Positions 17,489 through 27,358 of a stretch of 64,000 nt of DNA are shown piece by piece; within the stretch, counting starts at the first letter, position 1, and each line of letters starts with the position of its first letter. The notes beneath the pieces are model-generated. The model searched no databases. It saw only the letters and a list, made by a program, of their open reading frames with translations, and was not told the DNA's origin. Source of the stretch: a virus. A program made the position numbers and the translations under genes. The DNA lies in the IMG/VR virus record IMGVR_UViG_3300043444_000257, positions 20,509-84,508 of that record; one strand, given 5' to 3'.

Positions 17489-19195
17489 ATGAGTTGGAAA
17501 AAATACTTTACCCCTGTTAACGTAGAAAACAGCAAATCTTTAAGTCCGATCAGTGGACGAGGAAGACCGGGACCAGCACGAGCAAATTACAGCTCGTTCT
17601 TGCCTGATGTATATGCAGGAGCACCAAATCGTGTTGAACGTTATATGCAATACGATACCATGGATATGGACAGCGAAGTAAATGCTGCATTAGACATCCT
17701 TGCAGAATTCTGCACACAAAAAGACAAAGAGAATCTAACTCCGTTCCACGTAGCATTTCGCGGATCTCCTACTTCTACTGAAACTAAGATCATCAAAGAC
17801 AGTTTGCAAAAATGGTGCAAACAAAATCAGTTCGAAACTAGAATCTTCCGTATAGTTAGAAACGCATTCAAATACGGAGACTGTTTCTTTGTCAGAGATC
17901 CACAGACTAAGAAATGGTTGTTTGTCGATGCTGCTAAAGTATCTAAAATTATCGTAAACGAAAGTGAAGGTAAGATTCCTGAGCAGTATGTGTTAAAAGA
18001 TATTAACTTTAATTTCAAAGACTTAATAGCAGTAACACCGCACGGAACAGCCAACACAGCTCCTAGCGGAACAAGCTCATATACCACCGGTGGAGGGTTT
18101 GGCCGAGGCATGGTTGGAGCAGCAGCCAATCCTCCAGGAACAAGATTTCAAAATGCTCAAAACGAAATAGCTGTTGATGCAAAAAATGTTATACATATTA
18201 GCCTAAGCGAAGGCCTAGACAACAACTATCCATTTGGTAATTCTTTACTAGAATCAGTTTTCAAAGTCTACAAGCAGAAAGAACTGCTCGAAGACGCTAT
18301 CATTATCTATCGTATACAACGTGCTCCAGAAAGACGTATTTTCTATGTGGACGTTGGAAATATGCCAGCACACATGGCTATGAGCTTTGTTGAACGTGTT
18401 AAGAATGAAATCCAACAAAGACGCATTCCTTCAGCCACAGGTGGTGGAGCAAACGTCATAGACAGTAGCTATAATCCACTAAGTGTAAACGAAGATTACT
18501 TCTTCCCGCAGACTGCAGAAGGTCGTGGATCAAAAGTTGAAACACTGCCAGGAGGAACTAACCTAGGCGAAATCACAGACCTACGTTATTTTACCAATAA
18601 ATTGTTCCGTGCTCTGCGTATTCCTGCAAGCTACTTACCAACAGCGATCGATGAACAACCAAACACCATGGCCGATGGCAAAGTGGGAACAGCATACATC
18701 CAAGAATTAAGATTCAATGAATATTGTAAACGTCTACAATCTATGATCGTAGAAACATTTGATTTAGAATTTAAAATTTGGATGAACAGTCAAGGGGTTA
18801 ATATTGATTCGGGTTTATTTGAACTTAAATTCAATCAGCCCCAGAACTTTGCTGCTTATCGCCAATCAGAACTTGACACAGCAAGAGCAGCAACATTTAC
18901 ACAGGTAGTTCAAATTCCTCATCTAAGTAAACGTTTTGCTATGAAGCGTTTCTTAGGAATGACTGAAGAGGAAATCAAAGAAAACGAAAGACTATGGAGA
19001 GAAGAGAACGGTTCTACTCTTAAACCAAAAACAGATTCTGCACAAGATATGAGATCTGTAGGAGTATCCCCAGGCGGACTAGCAGCAGATGCTGCTGGAC
19101 AAGGAGCAGAAGCACCAGACGACATGGCCGCAGCAGCCGAACTTGGCGCAGAAGGCGGAGCTGAAGCAGCACCGGCTGAACCTCCTGCTCAATAA
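17489..19195 (+). CDS. gp20: Portal vertex protein gp20
   Basis: LLEDAIIIYRIQRAPERRIFYVDVGNMP, EDYFFP...GRGSKVETLPGG.NLGEI.DL.YF..KL.RAL.IP motifs. Confidence 0.95.
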   Translation: MSWKKYFTPVNVENSKSLSPISGRGRPGPARANYSSFLPDVYAGAPNRVERYMQYDTMDMDSEVNAALDILAEFCTQKDKENLTPFHVAFRGSPTSTETKIIKDSLQKWCKQNQFETRIFRIVRNAFKYGDCFFVRDPQTKKWLFVDAAKVSKIIVNESEGKIPEQYVLKDINFNFKDLIAVTPHGTANTAPSGTSSYTTGGGFGRGMVGAAANPPGTRFQNAQNEIAVDAKNVIHISLSEGLDNNYPFGNSLLESVFKVYKQKELLEDAIIIYRIQRAPERRIFYVDVGNMPAHMAMSFVERVKNEIQQRRIPSATGGGANVIDSSYNPLSVNEDYFFPQTAEGRGSKVETLPGGTNLGEITDLRYFTNKLFRALRIPASYLPTAIDEQPNTMADGKVGTAYIQELRFNEYCKRLQSMIVETFDLEFKIWMNSQGVNIDSGLFELKFNQPQNFAAYRQSELDTARAATFTQVVQIPHLSKRFAMKRFLGMTEEEIKENERLWREENGSTLKPKTDSAQDMRSVGVSPGGLAADAAGQGAEAPDDMAAAAELGAEGGAEAAPAEPPAQ

Positions 19196-19205
19196 TAAAT
19201 ACATT

Positions 19206-19451
19206 ATGCTTCTTAACGAATTTTTCTATTTTAACGAAAAAAACAACGACTTTGCTAACGATCGTAGATACGATAACAGCAGAGATAGTTCTGTTTTAGA
19301 AAAAGACGATACCCGTAAAATTCGCCTAACTCTAAAGATGATAAATCAGATGAGACTACAGAGCGAAGCTCATATGGTCGAACAAGAATCTGAACTAAAC
19401 TTTATTAGACAGATGTATGCAACACCAGCAGAAGCAGCACCAGCCCAATAA
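19206..19451 (+). CDS. Small head-module protein
   Basis: Start at ATG 19206 (MLLNEFFYF), 4 nt after TAAATA (19196-19201). Contains DTRKIRLTLKMINQMR. Confidence 0.6.
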   Translation: MLLNEFFYFNEKNNDFANDRRYDNSRDSSVLEKDDTRKIRLTLKMINQMRLQSEAHMVEQESELNFIRQMYATPAEAAPAQ

Positions 19452-20067
19452 CATCGCATTTGTAGTAGGAAACGGAATCAGCAGAAATTGTGTTGATGTT
19501 TCTAATCTCACATCTCTAGGCACAACTTACGGTTGCAATGCACAATACAGAGAATTTAACCCTCATTTTTTAGTAGCAGTTGACGTTAAAATGGTCAACG
19601 AAATCATCGCATCAGGTTGGCACAAAGAGCATCAAGTATGGACTAATGCTAACAAAGGCATTACTTCTAAACACAATATTAATTTCTTTACTCCACATAA
19701 AGGTTGGAGCTCGGGTCCTACAGCATTATGGTTCGCAGCTACTAATGGGCATAAAGAAATCTATATACTAGGCTTTGACTATCAAGGCCTAAATGGAAAG
19801 TTTAATAATGTATATGCAGATACATTCAATTATAAAAAATCCACCGATTCTGCAACCTTTTTTGGTAACTGGTTAAGTCAAACTGAAAAGGTAATTAAGG
19901 ATTTTAAGCACACTAAGTTTATTAGAGTGATAGAGCCCGGTGGTTTTATACCAGATAAATTAGGACCCACTCTTCCTAATCTTACCCATATAACTTATAA
20001 AGAATTTGGACAAAAATTCACAAACGCAGTTTATCTCGATCGTTTTGATCAAAAAACTACCATTTAA
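19417..20067 (+). CDS. Putative nucleotide-sugar/transferase-fold protein (CstII GT42/Maf/DUF115-like)
   Basis: FVVGNGISR...TYGCNA.YR...LVAVD...SSGPTAL..A...GHKEIYILGFD pattern, like CstII/Maf-type Rossmann transferases. Confidence 0.5.
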   Translation: MQHQQKQHQPNNIAFVVGNGISRNCVDVSNLTSLGTTYGCNAQYREFNPHFLVAVDVKMVNEIIASGWHKEHQVWTNANKGITSKHNINFFTPHKGWSSGPTALWFAATNGHKEIYILGFDYQGLNGKFNNVYADTFNYKKSTDSATFFGNWLSQTEKVIKDFKHTKFIRVIEPGGFIPDKLGPTLPNLTHITYKEFGQKFTNAVYLDRFDQKTTI

Positions 20068-20126
20068 AGTCATTTTTTTATCTGCGTATTAAATAAAGCA
20101 CAGCCTTGACAATTAGGAGAATAGCT

Positions 20127-20963
20127 ATGGCCGACAAAAATATTTTAGAACAGATGCTTGAGCATCTTGTTAACGACGAACAGCAAAAAGCTGAAGAATT
20201 ATTCCACGAGTATGTAGTTGCTCGTTCACGTGAAATCTACGAAGGTCTAATCCAAGAAGATTTTGATCTAGAAGAAGAAGAAGACGAAGACGACGAAGAC
20301 AAAAAAGTCGATGAAGCTTCCGACGAAGACGAAGACGACGAAGACAAAAAAGTCGATGAAGAATTCGAAGATATCGCAATCGAAGGTGATGACGAAATGG
20401 GCGATATGGGCGGAGATCCAACTGACGACCTAGAAGGTGAGTTAGACATGGGCGACGACGAAGGTGAAGAAGGTGAAAAGTCTGAAGAAGAACTTTTCCA
20501 AGACCTAGACGCTATTGTAGACGAACTACAAGCTAAGTTTGATGAATTAAAAGGTGGCGATGAGCCAGACATGGGCGGCGACGAAGAAGAAATGAAAGAC
20601 GCAATGGATCCAGAATTAGCTACAGTTCGTGAATATGTAGAAAAAGTTCAAAAACCAGCAGCTGGCGATAACGGTGCTAATGCTAAATCGATCGTAGCAG
20701 GTAAGAACGATATGGGCGGTTCTGCTAAGAACATCGCTCAAGGCACAACAGCAAACGACGGCGAAGTTGGTGCAGGCAGCAAAATTAAAGGTTCTGCTCT
20801 AAACGATCAGAATCCAAAAGAAGATAATGCTGGTAACATCAATGTTCCAGGCGGCAAAGCAGGTAATGCTTTTAGCAAGAAAGAGCCCGGACATGGTGCT
20901 GAGAAAGCTGGTGCAAAAGAATCAGCTGACAACAAGCAAAGCCTTTTCCGTGGTCGTAGATAA
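20127..20963 (+). CDS. Highly acidic prohead core/scaffold-like protein
   Basis: ATG 20127 with AGGAGA SD and TAAATA at 20090-20095. Very D/E-rich. Located between portal and protease, the position of T4 gp67/68. Confidence 0.7.
   Translation: MADKNILEQMLEHLVNDEQQKAEELFHEYVVARSREIYEGLIQEDFDLEEEEDEDDEDKKVDEASDEDEDDEDKKVDEEFEDIAIEGDDEMGDMGGDPTDDLEGELDMGDDEGEEGEKSEEELFQDLDAIVDELQAKFDELKGGDEPDMGGDEEEMKDAMDPELATVREYVEKVQKPAAGDNGANAKSIVAGKNDMGGSAKNIAQGTTANDGEVGAGSKIKGSALNDQNPKEDNAGNINVPGGKAGNAFSKKEPGHGAEKAGAKESADNKQSLFRGRR
20280..20361 (+). repeat. 37-nt exact direct repeat (45-nt period) encoding EDEDDEDKKVDE twice
   Basis: GAAGACGAAGACGACGAAGACAAAAAAGTCGATGAAG at 20280-20316 and 20325-20361. 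Confidence 0.9.
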
Positions 20964-20975
20964 TAGGACGACGAC

Positions 20976-21602
20976 GTGAAACATACCCTATCAGAACATT
21001 TGAGTTTTGACCAGGCTAAGATTGTCTTGGAGCGAGATGAGAGCGACGGCAAAAAGTCGTTGCACTTAAACGGGATTTGCATCCAAGGAGACATCCGCAA
21101 TGCAAATCAACGTGTTTATTCTTCTCAAGAAATTGGCAGGGCTGTCAAGACGCTCAACGAACAGATCTCTGGCGGATACTCAGTTCTTGGGGAAGTTGAT
21201 CACCCGCAGGATTTGAAAATCAATCTAGATCGTGTTAGTCATATGATTACCAAGATGTGGATGGACGGTCCTAACGGCTACGGAAAACTTAAAATCCTCC
21301 CTACTCCAATGGGTCAACTAGTTCAGACCATGTTAGAGTCGGGAGTTAAGTTGGGTGTTAGTAGTAGAGGTTCCGGCGAAGTAGATGGAAATGGTAATGT
21401 CAATGGTTTTGAAATTATCACAGTCGACGTAGTAGCCCAACCATCTGCCCCGGGGGCATACCCAACTCCAGTTTATGAACACTTGATGAACAACACAGGT
21501 GGCTATCAGGCATTCAGAATAGCACAAGAAGTCAAAGGCGATCCACAGGCACAAAAATACCTAGCAGAGTCCTTAAAGAGAATCATCTCAGGACTCAAAT
21601 AA
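20976..21602 (+). CDS. gp21: Prohead protease gp21
   Basis: NANQRVY, LGEVDHP, INLDRVSH, TPMGQ, GVSSRGSG, DVVAQPSAPGAY motifs. Confidence 0.95.
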   Translation: MKHTLSEHLSFDQAKIVLERDESDGKKSLHLNGICIQGDIRNANQRVYSSQEIGRAVKTLNEQISGGYSVLGEVDHPQDLKINLDRVSHMITKMWMDGPNGYGKLKILPTPMGQLVQTMLESGVKLGVSSRGSGEVDGNGNVNGFEIITVDVVAQPSAPGAYPTPVYEHLMNNTGGYQAFRIAQEVKGDPQAQKYLAESLKRIISGLK

Positions 21603-21616
21603 CGAAGGAGAATCAC

Positions 21617-22711
21617 ATGCTAGACATCGTAAAACAATTGTTCGAGAACAATGTGATTTCCGAGGAAATTAAATCGGAGATTGAATCTGCTTGGGAAGGC
21701 AGAATTCAAGAAAACCGTGATCAAGTAACAGCTGAACTCCGTGAGGAGTTTGCTCAGAAATATGAGCATGACAAGACTGCAATGGTGGAAGCCGTTGAAG
21801 CCATGTTAGCAGATCGTCTACAAGCAGAGCTAGGCGAATTAGCAGAAGACCGTCAAGGTTTAATTGAAGCTAGAGCCAAGTATGCTAAGAAAATGAAAGA
21901 TGATTCCAAAGCAATGGAATCATTTGTCTTGAATAACCTTAAGAAAGAACTAGCAGAATTACATGAAGACCGCAAGAAAGTTGCATCTAATGTAGCTAAA
22001 CTAGAATCATTCATAGTGGATGCACTAGCGAAAGAAATCGCAGAATTCCACAGTGATAAGAAAGACCTAGCTGAAACCAAAGTTAAATTGGTTCGCGAAA
22101 GCAAAGCTAAGTTTGAACAGGTTAAGAAAGAATTCATTGCTCGTTCAGCACAGTTAGTTTCAGAATCAATCTCTAAAGGATTGAAAGCTGAAATGACACA
22201 GCTACGCGAAGACATCGAAACTGCTCGTAAGAACGACTTTGGTCGCAGAATTTTTGAAAGCTTCGCAAGCGAGTATGCAGCATCTCATTTAAATGAGAAA
22301 TCTGAAACAGCTAAACTTCTACAAGTTGTTGCGACGAAAGAAGCAGAACTAGAAGAAGCAGCTAAGATTGTTGCAGAATCACAAAAACTAGTAGAAAGCA
22401 GAGAACAAGAATTACGCATCGCACGTGACCAAGCGACCCGCAAAGATTTAATGAGCGAGTTGTTAGGCCCATTAGGTGGCGACAAGCGTAGTGTTATGAG
22501 TGATTTACTAGAATCAGTTCAAACTGAAAAATTAAGATCAGCTTTCGACAAGTATCTACCAGCCGTAATGGATGGTGGAATACCGGCGAAGAAAGCATTG
22601 ACAGAAGGCAAAGAAATTACAGGCGATAAGCAGGCACAACCATCAAGCGGTCAAGAAGAGAAGACCGCTGAAATATTTGACATCCGCAGGCTTGCGGGAC
22701 TTAAAGTTTAA
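21617..22711 (+). CDS. gp22: Prohead core scaffold protein gp22
   Basis: Long Glu/Lys coiled coil between protease and major capsid genes. SD AAGGAG. Confidence 0.8.
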   Translation: MLDIVKQLFENNVISEEIKSEIESAWEGRIQENRDQVTAELREEFAQKYEHDKTAMVEAVEAMLADRLQAELGELAEDRQGLIEARAKYAKKMKDDSKAMESFVLNNLKKELAELHEDRKKVASNVAKLESFIVDALAKEIAEFHSDKKDLAETKVKLVRESKAKFEQVKKEFIARSAQLVSESISKGLKAEMTQLREDIETARKNDFGRRIFESFASEYAASHLNEKSETAKLLQVVATKEAELEEAAKIVAESQKLVESREQELRIARDQATRKDLMSELLGPLGGDKRSVMSDLLESVQTEKLRSAFDKYLPAVMDGGIPAKKALTEGKEITGDKQAQPSSGQEEKTAEIFDIRRLAGLKV

Positions 22712-22722
22712 GGAGAACTATA

Positions 22723-23904
22723 ATGTCACAATTACTCGAGTCACGCTGGTCGGAAACTAAAGAGGCTCTTTTAGAAGGCCTACAAGGTAACAAGCGTTCA
22801 GTAATGGCAGCTACTCTAGAAAATACCCGCAAGTATTTGTCAGAGAGTGCTACTGCTGGTGCTACTTCCGCCGGTAACGTTGCAACACTAAATCGTGTGA
22901 TCCTACCAGTGATCAGACGTGTCATGCCAACCGTTATTGCTAACGAGTTGGTCGGCGTTCAGCCAATGACAGGACCAGTTGGTCAGATCCATACTCTACG
23001 TGTTCGCTATGCAGATAGCTTTACAGGTAGCGCAGGTGGTTCTACTACAGCTGGAGAAGAGGCACTAAGCCCATTCAAGATTGCTGAAGGCTATTCTGGT
23101 AACACTAACGGCAAGGCAGATGCTACAGCCGCTAAAGAAGGTGTTGCTGGTAACAGACTAAGCATTCAAATCTTGAAACAAACAGTCGAAGCTAAGACAC
23201 GTAAGTTGTCAGCTCGCTGGACGTTTGAAGCTGCTCAAGATGCACAAGCCCAACAAGGTATTGACATCGAAGCAGAAATCATGGCTGCTTTAGCTCAAGA
23301 AATCACAGCAGAAATCGATCAAGAAGTTCTATCTTCATTGACAACTCTAGCTGGCACACAAAACAACCTTGCTTATGACCAGGCAGCAGTTTCTGGCACA
23401 GCAACATTTGTTGGTGACGAACACGCTGCTCTAGCTGTTGCTATCAATCGCGTAAGCAACAGAATCGCTCAGCGCACACGTCGCGGTGCAGGTAACTGGG
23501 CTGTGGTATCCCCACAAGCTCTAACAATCCTTCAAAGTGCTACAACTTCTGCGTTCGCAAGAACAACAGAAGGCACATTCGAAGCTCCAACAAACACCAA
23601 GTTCGTTGGAACATTGAACGGCGCAATGAAGATCTACGTTAACACATTTGCTACAGAAACTTCTGGCAGCGACAAAGTGTTGATTGGTTACAAAGGTTCT
23701 AGCGAATCTGACGCAGCAGCATTCTACTGCCCATACATTCCATTGATGAGCAGCGGTGTTGTTCTAGATCCTAGCACATTTGAGCCAGTAGTTAGCTTTA
23801 TGACACGTTACGGATATGTTGAGTTGACAAACACAGCATCATCTCTAGGTAACGCTGCTGACTACCTAGGAACAGTTACTATCAGTAACGCAACATTCGT
23901 TTAA
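22723..23904 (+). CDS. gp23: Major capsid protein gp23
   Basis: IRRVMPTVIANELVGVQPMTGPVGQI, AKTRKLSARWTFEAAQD, EITAEIDQE, FYCPYIPL, MTRYG motifs. Confidence 0.97.
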   Translation: MSQLLESRWSETKEALLEGLQGNKRSVMAATLENTRKYLSESATAGATSAGNVATLNRVILPVIRRVMPTVIANELVGVQPMTGPVGQIHTLRVRYADSFTGSAGGSTTAGEEALSPFKIAEGYSGNTNGKADATAAKEGVAGNRLSIQILKQTVEAKTRKLSARWTFEAAQDAQAQQGIDIEAEIMAALAQEITAEIDQEVLSSLTTLAGTQNNLAYDQAAVSGTATFVGDEHAALAVAINRVSNRIAQRTRRGAGNWAVVSPQALTILQSATTSAFARTTEGTFEAPTNTKFVGTLNGAMKIYVNTFATETSGSDKVLIGYKGSSESDAAAFYCPYIPLMSSGVVLDPSTFEPVVSFMTRYGYVELTNTASSLGNAADYLGTVTISNATFV

Positions 23905-23923
23905 TCCTAGGAAAAACGAAATC

Positions 23924-23947
23924 AAAAAGGACCTTCGGGTCCTTTTT
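23924..23947 (+). terminator. Rho-independent terminator after gp23
   Basis: AAAAAGGACC-TTCG-GGTCCTTTTT, a cUUCGg tetraloop with a U-tract. Confidence 0.9.
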
Positions 23948-23966
23948 GTTTGGCTTAAATATCTAC

Positions 23967-24236
23967 ATGCACGTAGAAAGTGACAACGACTTCCTAGAAC
24001 TAAGACGTCAATTAAGGGCGTGGCGTAAACGTTTTCCGATGTTCAACCATGACATAAATCAAATAGAGCACATCGTAGAACAGCACATACAAAATTTTGC
24101 CATAGCAGGTGTGCATTATAGACAAACTAAAAGTAAAAAATATTTAGAAATAGCGCAGAAAGAATTAGACGAAATCAATAGGGTATTGTCTATAGTAGAA
24201 AAATTAGAACTAATGGCTATGCTAAGTCAAGCATAA
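23967..24236 (+). CDS. Hypothetical helical protein
   Basis: ATG 23967 (MHVESDND) lies 5 nt after TAAATA 23956-23961. The track's start at 23946 falls within the terminator. Confidence 0.6.
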   Translation: MHVESDNDFLELRRQLRAWRKRFPMFNHDINQIEHIVEQHIQNFAIAGVHYRQTKSKKYLEIAQKELDEINRVLSIVEKLELMAMLSQA

Positions 24237-24305
24237 ATAAAGTATCTAGAAGATTGTGTGGATGCCACCATGCAGACCTAGAACGTCACTCAAAGGAGAA
24301 ATCAA

Positions 24306-24686
24306 ATGGCGAATAAATTACCAAAAAGACTGTTTGGCGCAACAGGCACAGCAGCAACACCTCATATCCCAGTAAGATTTAAATCAGGCGGCACAGTCTA
24401 CGAAGGTTATATTGTTAATCAAGTAGGTGCTCGTAGATTTAAGTGCAGCACAGACGACGGCACCACAGCAGTCCAAGTATGTAAAATAGTTCAAGGAACT
24501 AACATGGATCCAGCAAACGATGGAGAAATGACCATTGTTGGCCTACTAAATGGATCACCTGTAGCTCTAAACAAATTAAATTTTAGAACAGCAGCTGATT
24601 TTTCTAGCAATAGATATAAGTGGTCTTTAAGCGACGACTCAACAGAAACTCTAATAATACTAACAGCGTTTAATCCATCAGTATAA
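24306..24686 (+). CDS. Virion structural protein (hypothetical)
   Basis: Strong SD AAGGAG. Late motif at 24234-24239 followed by a hairpin leader. Confidence 0.65.
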   Translation: MANKLPKRLFGATGTAATPHIPVRFKSGGTVYEGYIVNQVGARRFKCSTDDGTTAVQVCKIVQGTNMDPANDGEMTIVGLLNGSPVALNKLNFRTAADFSSNRYKWSLSDDSTETLIILTAFNPSV

Positions 24687-24695
24687 TATAAATTT

Positions 24696-25682
24696 ATGGG
24701 ACAGTTTATTCAAACCAACGGCGACTACACCATTAAAACTGGTGAAGGCGGCCAACTTAAATTAGATACAGGTGCTGGCGTAGGCCAAGTCTATATCACC
24801 GGCGACCTTGTAGTCGTTGGTCAACAATTAACTGTCCAAGCAACGGATTTAAACGTTGAAGATAATATTATTATTCTCAACTATGGAGAAACAGGGTCCG
24901 GAGTAACACTACGTTATTCCGGTATCCAAGTTGATAGAGGCAGTGCATCAGCTGCTTCGATCGTCTATGATGAAACTACAGATACTTGGTTAATAGGTCA
25001 GGGCACAGCGACCAGCGGTGCATTAAACTATTCAAATAGTAAAATTAAATTAAAAGAAATTTTAACAGATTCGTCTACCGACGGCGGTGACTTATTATTA
25101 CTAGGGTCTGACAGCAGCAGCGGAGCTGTAAAGGTTAGAACAGAAGGTGGTGATGGCACAGAGTATCAGGCAAATGTAACTGATCCTAACCATATACCAA
25201 ATAAGAAATATGTAGACGAAGCGATTCGTAATAATCCTACATTCCAAATTATCGACGATAACACTCGTGTTATTGTCACAGACAAAGATGTTACAGGTTC
25301 TCTAGCTTATCTTTCTGCACAGACAGGATACAGCACATTTGGAGAAAGTGGTATTTCTGTGATAGTTGACGGAACATTGACTACGCAATTTTATAAAAAT
25401 CGTGCCTATATACAGAATTTAGAATTTATTGGTAACGAAATTACCAATAACGATACCAACGGAAACATTAGCATAAGAACACAAGGAACAGGTAAACTTC
25501 AAACTAACTACGCACTACAGTTTGATAACATAGGCACAGTTCCTGCATATGTTTCAGATGCTACACTAGTGTATGGTGCTCAGCCTAGTGTCGGTTCAAC
25601 AGGTTTATATTTTGTTAACTCTACCCGCAACGGAGAGCTAATTAATAAGAATAGAGCATTATTATTCAGCATGATATTTTAA
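24696..25682 (+). CDS. Virion fibre/appendage protein
   Basis: Beta-rich Gly/Thr/Ser sequence with VEDNIIILN..ETGSG...GIQVDRG and IPNKKYVD, typical of fibre shafts. Confidence 0.6.
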   Translation: MGQFIQTNGDYTIKTGEGGQLKLDTGAGVGQVYITGDLVVVGQQLTVQATDLNVEDNIIILNYGETGSGVTLRYSGIQVDRGSASAASIVYDETTDTWLIGQGTATSGALNYSNSKIKLKEILTDSSTDGGDLLLLGSDSSSGAVKVRTEGGDGTEYQANVTDPNHIPNKKYVDEAIRNNPTFQIIDDNTRVIVTDKDVTGSLAYLSAQTGYSTFGESGISVIVDGTLTTQFYKNRAYIQNLEFIGNEITNNDTNGNISIRTQGTGKLQTNYALQFDNIGTVPAYVSDATLVYGAQPSVGSTGLYFVNSTRNGELINKNRALLFSMIF

Positions 25683-25691
25683 GAGACGGAT

Positions 25692-26069
25692 ATGATAAAC
25701 AGCACATTAGTTACATCAACATCAGTGACAGTTCCAGTGAAAGTATTCACAAGCTCAACCACAGGAGCAGCCATTGGCGGTGCTGTTACAGCTCAAGATA
25801 GAGCAATCACTACTATGATTCTTTGCAATACCGGAGCTCCTAACCTTACAGACGAAACAATTAACACAGTCAGCGTTAATGTTTATCTAGTTAAATCTGG
25901 ATCGAGCTACGGAACAAATAATTTAATTGTTAGTAGTTTGATAGTTCCGGCAGGCGAAACAGTATTCTTTTCAGATGAAAAAATCATATTAGATGGCGGC
26001 GATGAAGTTTGGATTGGAACATCTGTAGGTAGTTTATTATCAGTAACGGTTAGCACATTACCAGTATGA
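25692..26069 (+). CDS. Small virion protein (paralog of 30033 and 44165)
   Basis: ILCN...VNVYLV...IVPAGET...EKIILDGGD pattern shared with the two paralogs. Confidence 0.6.
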   Translation: MINSTLVTSTSVTVPVKVFTSSTTGAAIGGAVTAQDRAITTMILCNTGAPNLTDETINTVSVNVYLVKSGSSYGTNNLIVSSLIVPAGETVFFSDEKIILDGGDEVWIGTSVGSLLSVTVSTLPV

Positions 26070-26566
26070 AATTTCTTAAACAAAAAACTATTTCTCGTTA
26101 TAGCCCTAGTGACAATGCTCTGTTCACTAATCACTACGGCCGTGCTGTGATGGACCTAACAGGCGGACTAAGACTGCCTAAAGGAACAACTGCTGAGAGG
26201 CCAGATCTATCCGGAGTAAGAACACCTAATGGCCCGAACGGATATATCCGTTATAACACAGATAATAATACCATCGAAGGCTATGTTGCTGGTGTATGGG
26301 AAATCGTTACAGCTCCCGGATCGACTGGTATTACTAAGCAAACATTAGGACCGGGCAACGATACAGATACGATCTTTGGTCCGTTAACATTGATTCCTGC
26401 TTCCGAAAACAGTATCTTAGTATTTGTAGAAAACGTATTTCAGATATCAGATACTAACTTCAACCTTCTTTACAATTATCTAGGATCGGGTAATACCTAC
26501 ATAGAGTTTACCAGCGCAGTTCCTCTAGACAAATATATCACTATCTACTTCGGCTTCACAACATAA
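26066..26566 (+). CDS. Virion structural protein
   Basis: LPKGTTAERP...GYIRYNTD..IEGY...W module plus an ILVFVENVFQ...IEFTSAVP domain. Confidence 0.6.
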   Translation: MKFLKQKTISRYSPSDNALFTNHYGRAVMDLTGGLRLPKGTTAERPDLSGVRTPNGPNGYIRYNTDNNTIEGYVAGVWEIVTAPGSTGITKQTLGPGNDTDTIFGPLTLIPASENSILVFVENVFQISDTNFNLLYNYLGSGNTYIEFTSAVPLDKYITIYFGFTT

Positions 26567-26608
26567 CGAAGTTTTGGGTAAATATACGTATCATAACGGA
26601 GATACGTA

Positions 26609-27349
26609 ATGGCCTTGGTTTTTGCCGATAGAGTTAAAGTAAGAGCTCACACTACAGGGTTAGGTAGTTTTACCTTAGCCGACACAGTTCCGGGATTTCA
26701 AAGTTTTACAGCCGTAGGCAACGGCAACGAGACCTATTACGGTATCGTAGATCAAGTAGGAAACTGGGAAATCGGTCGTGGAACTTTTGTTGCACCTTCT
26801 ACTTTAACCAGAGATACTGTGGTCAGCAGTTCAAATGCTGGCGCAAAAGTAAATTTCCCCGCAGGCGGAAAAAATGTATATTCAACATTCCCAGCAAGCA
26901 TAGCACAGACTATTGTTACAGAATCAGTCGGTAGCTTTAGCTTTGTGGGCAGCACTATATCTACCACAGATAGCACTTCTATTTCTGTAGCACAACCTAC
27001 TAGATTTTTTGGCAACGTTCAAATAGATGGCGACTTGACGCTGGCGGGCGACGAATTAGTTTTTGCCAATAATGTAATATTTCAAAGTAGAATCGAAGCA
27101 GATATGCAAGGTTCTGTGTTTGCCGACGACTCGTCAAAAATCATAGACGGAACGACTAGTGAAGTAGCAGCTACCGGTATCACTGCAACAAAATTTATTA
27201 AATTTCCTATATACGCAGACACCGCAGCTAGAGATTCTGCATTACCAAACGGCACTGTAGAAGAAGGAATGGTAGTATACGTTTCAGATGTTAACAAATT
27301 ACAGATTAACACAGATTCTACCACAGCAGGTTGGGCAAATCTCAACTAA
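26609..27349 (+). CDS. Virion structural/fibre protein
   Basis: ADRVK...TTG.GSFTL...WEIGRGT...TLTR..V.SSN N-terminal domain seen in fibre genes. Late motif at 26579-26584. Confidence 0.6.
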   Translation: MALVFADRVKVRAHTTGLGSFTLADTVPGFQSFTAVGNGNETYYGIVDQVGNWEIGRGTFVAPSTLTRDTVVSSSNAGAKVNFPAGGKNVYSTFPASIAQTIVTESVGSFSFVGSTISTTDSTSISVAQPTRFFGNVQIDGDLTLAGDELVFANNVIFQSRIEADMQGSVFADDSSKIIDGTTSEVAATGITATKFIKFPIYADTAARDSALPNGTVEEGMVVYVSDVNKLQINTDSTTAGWANLN

Positions 27350-27358
27350 GGAGCGACA

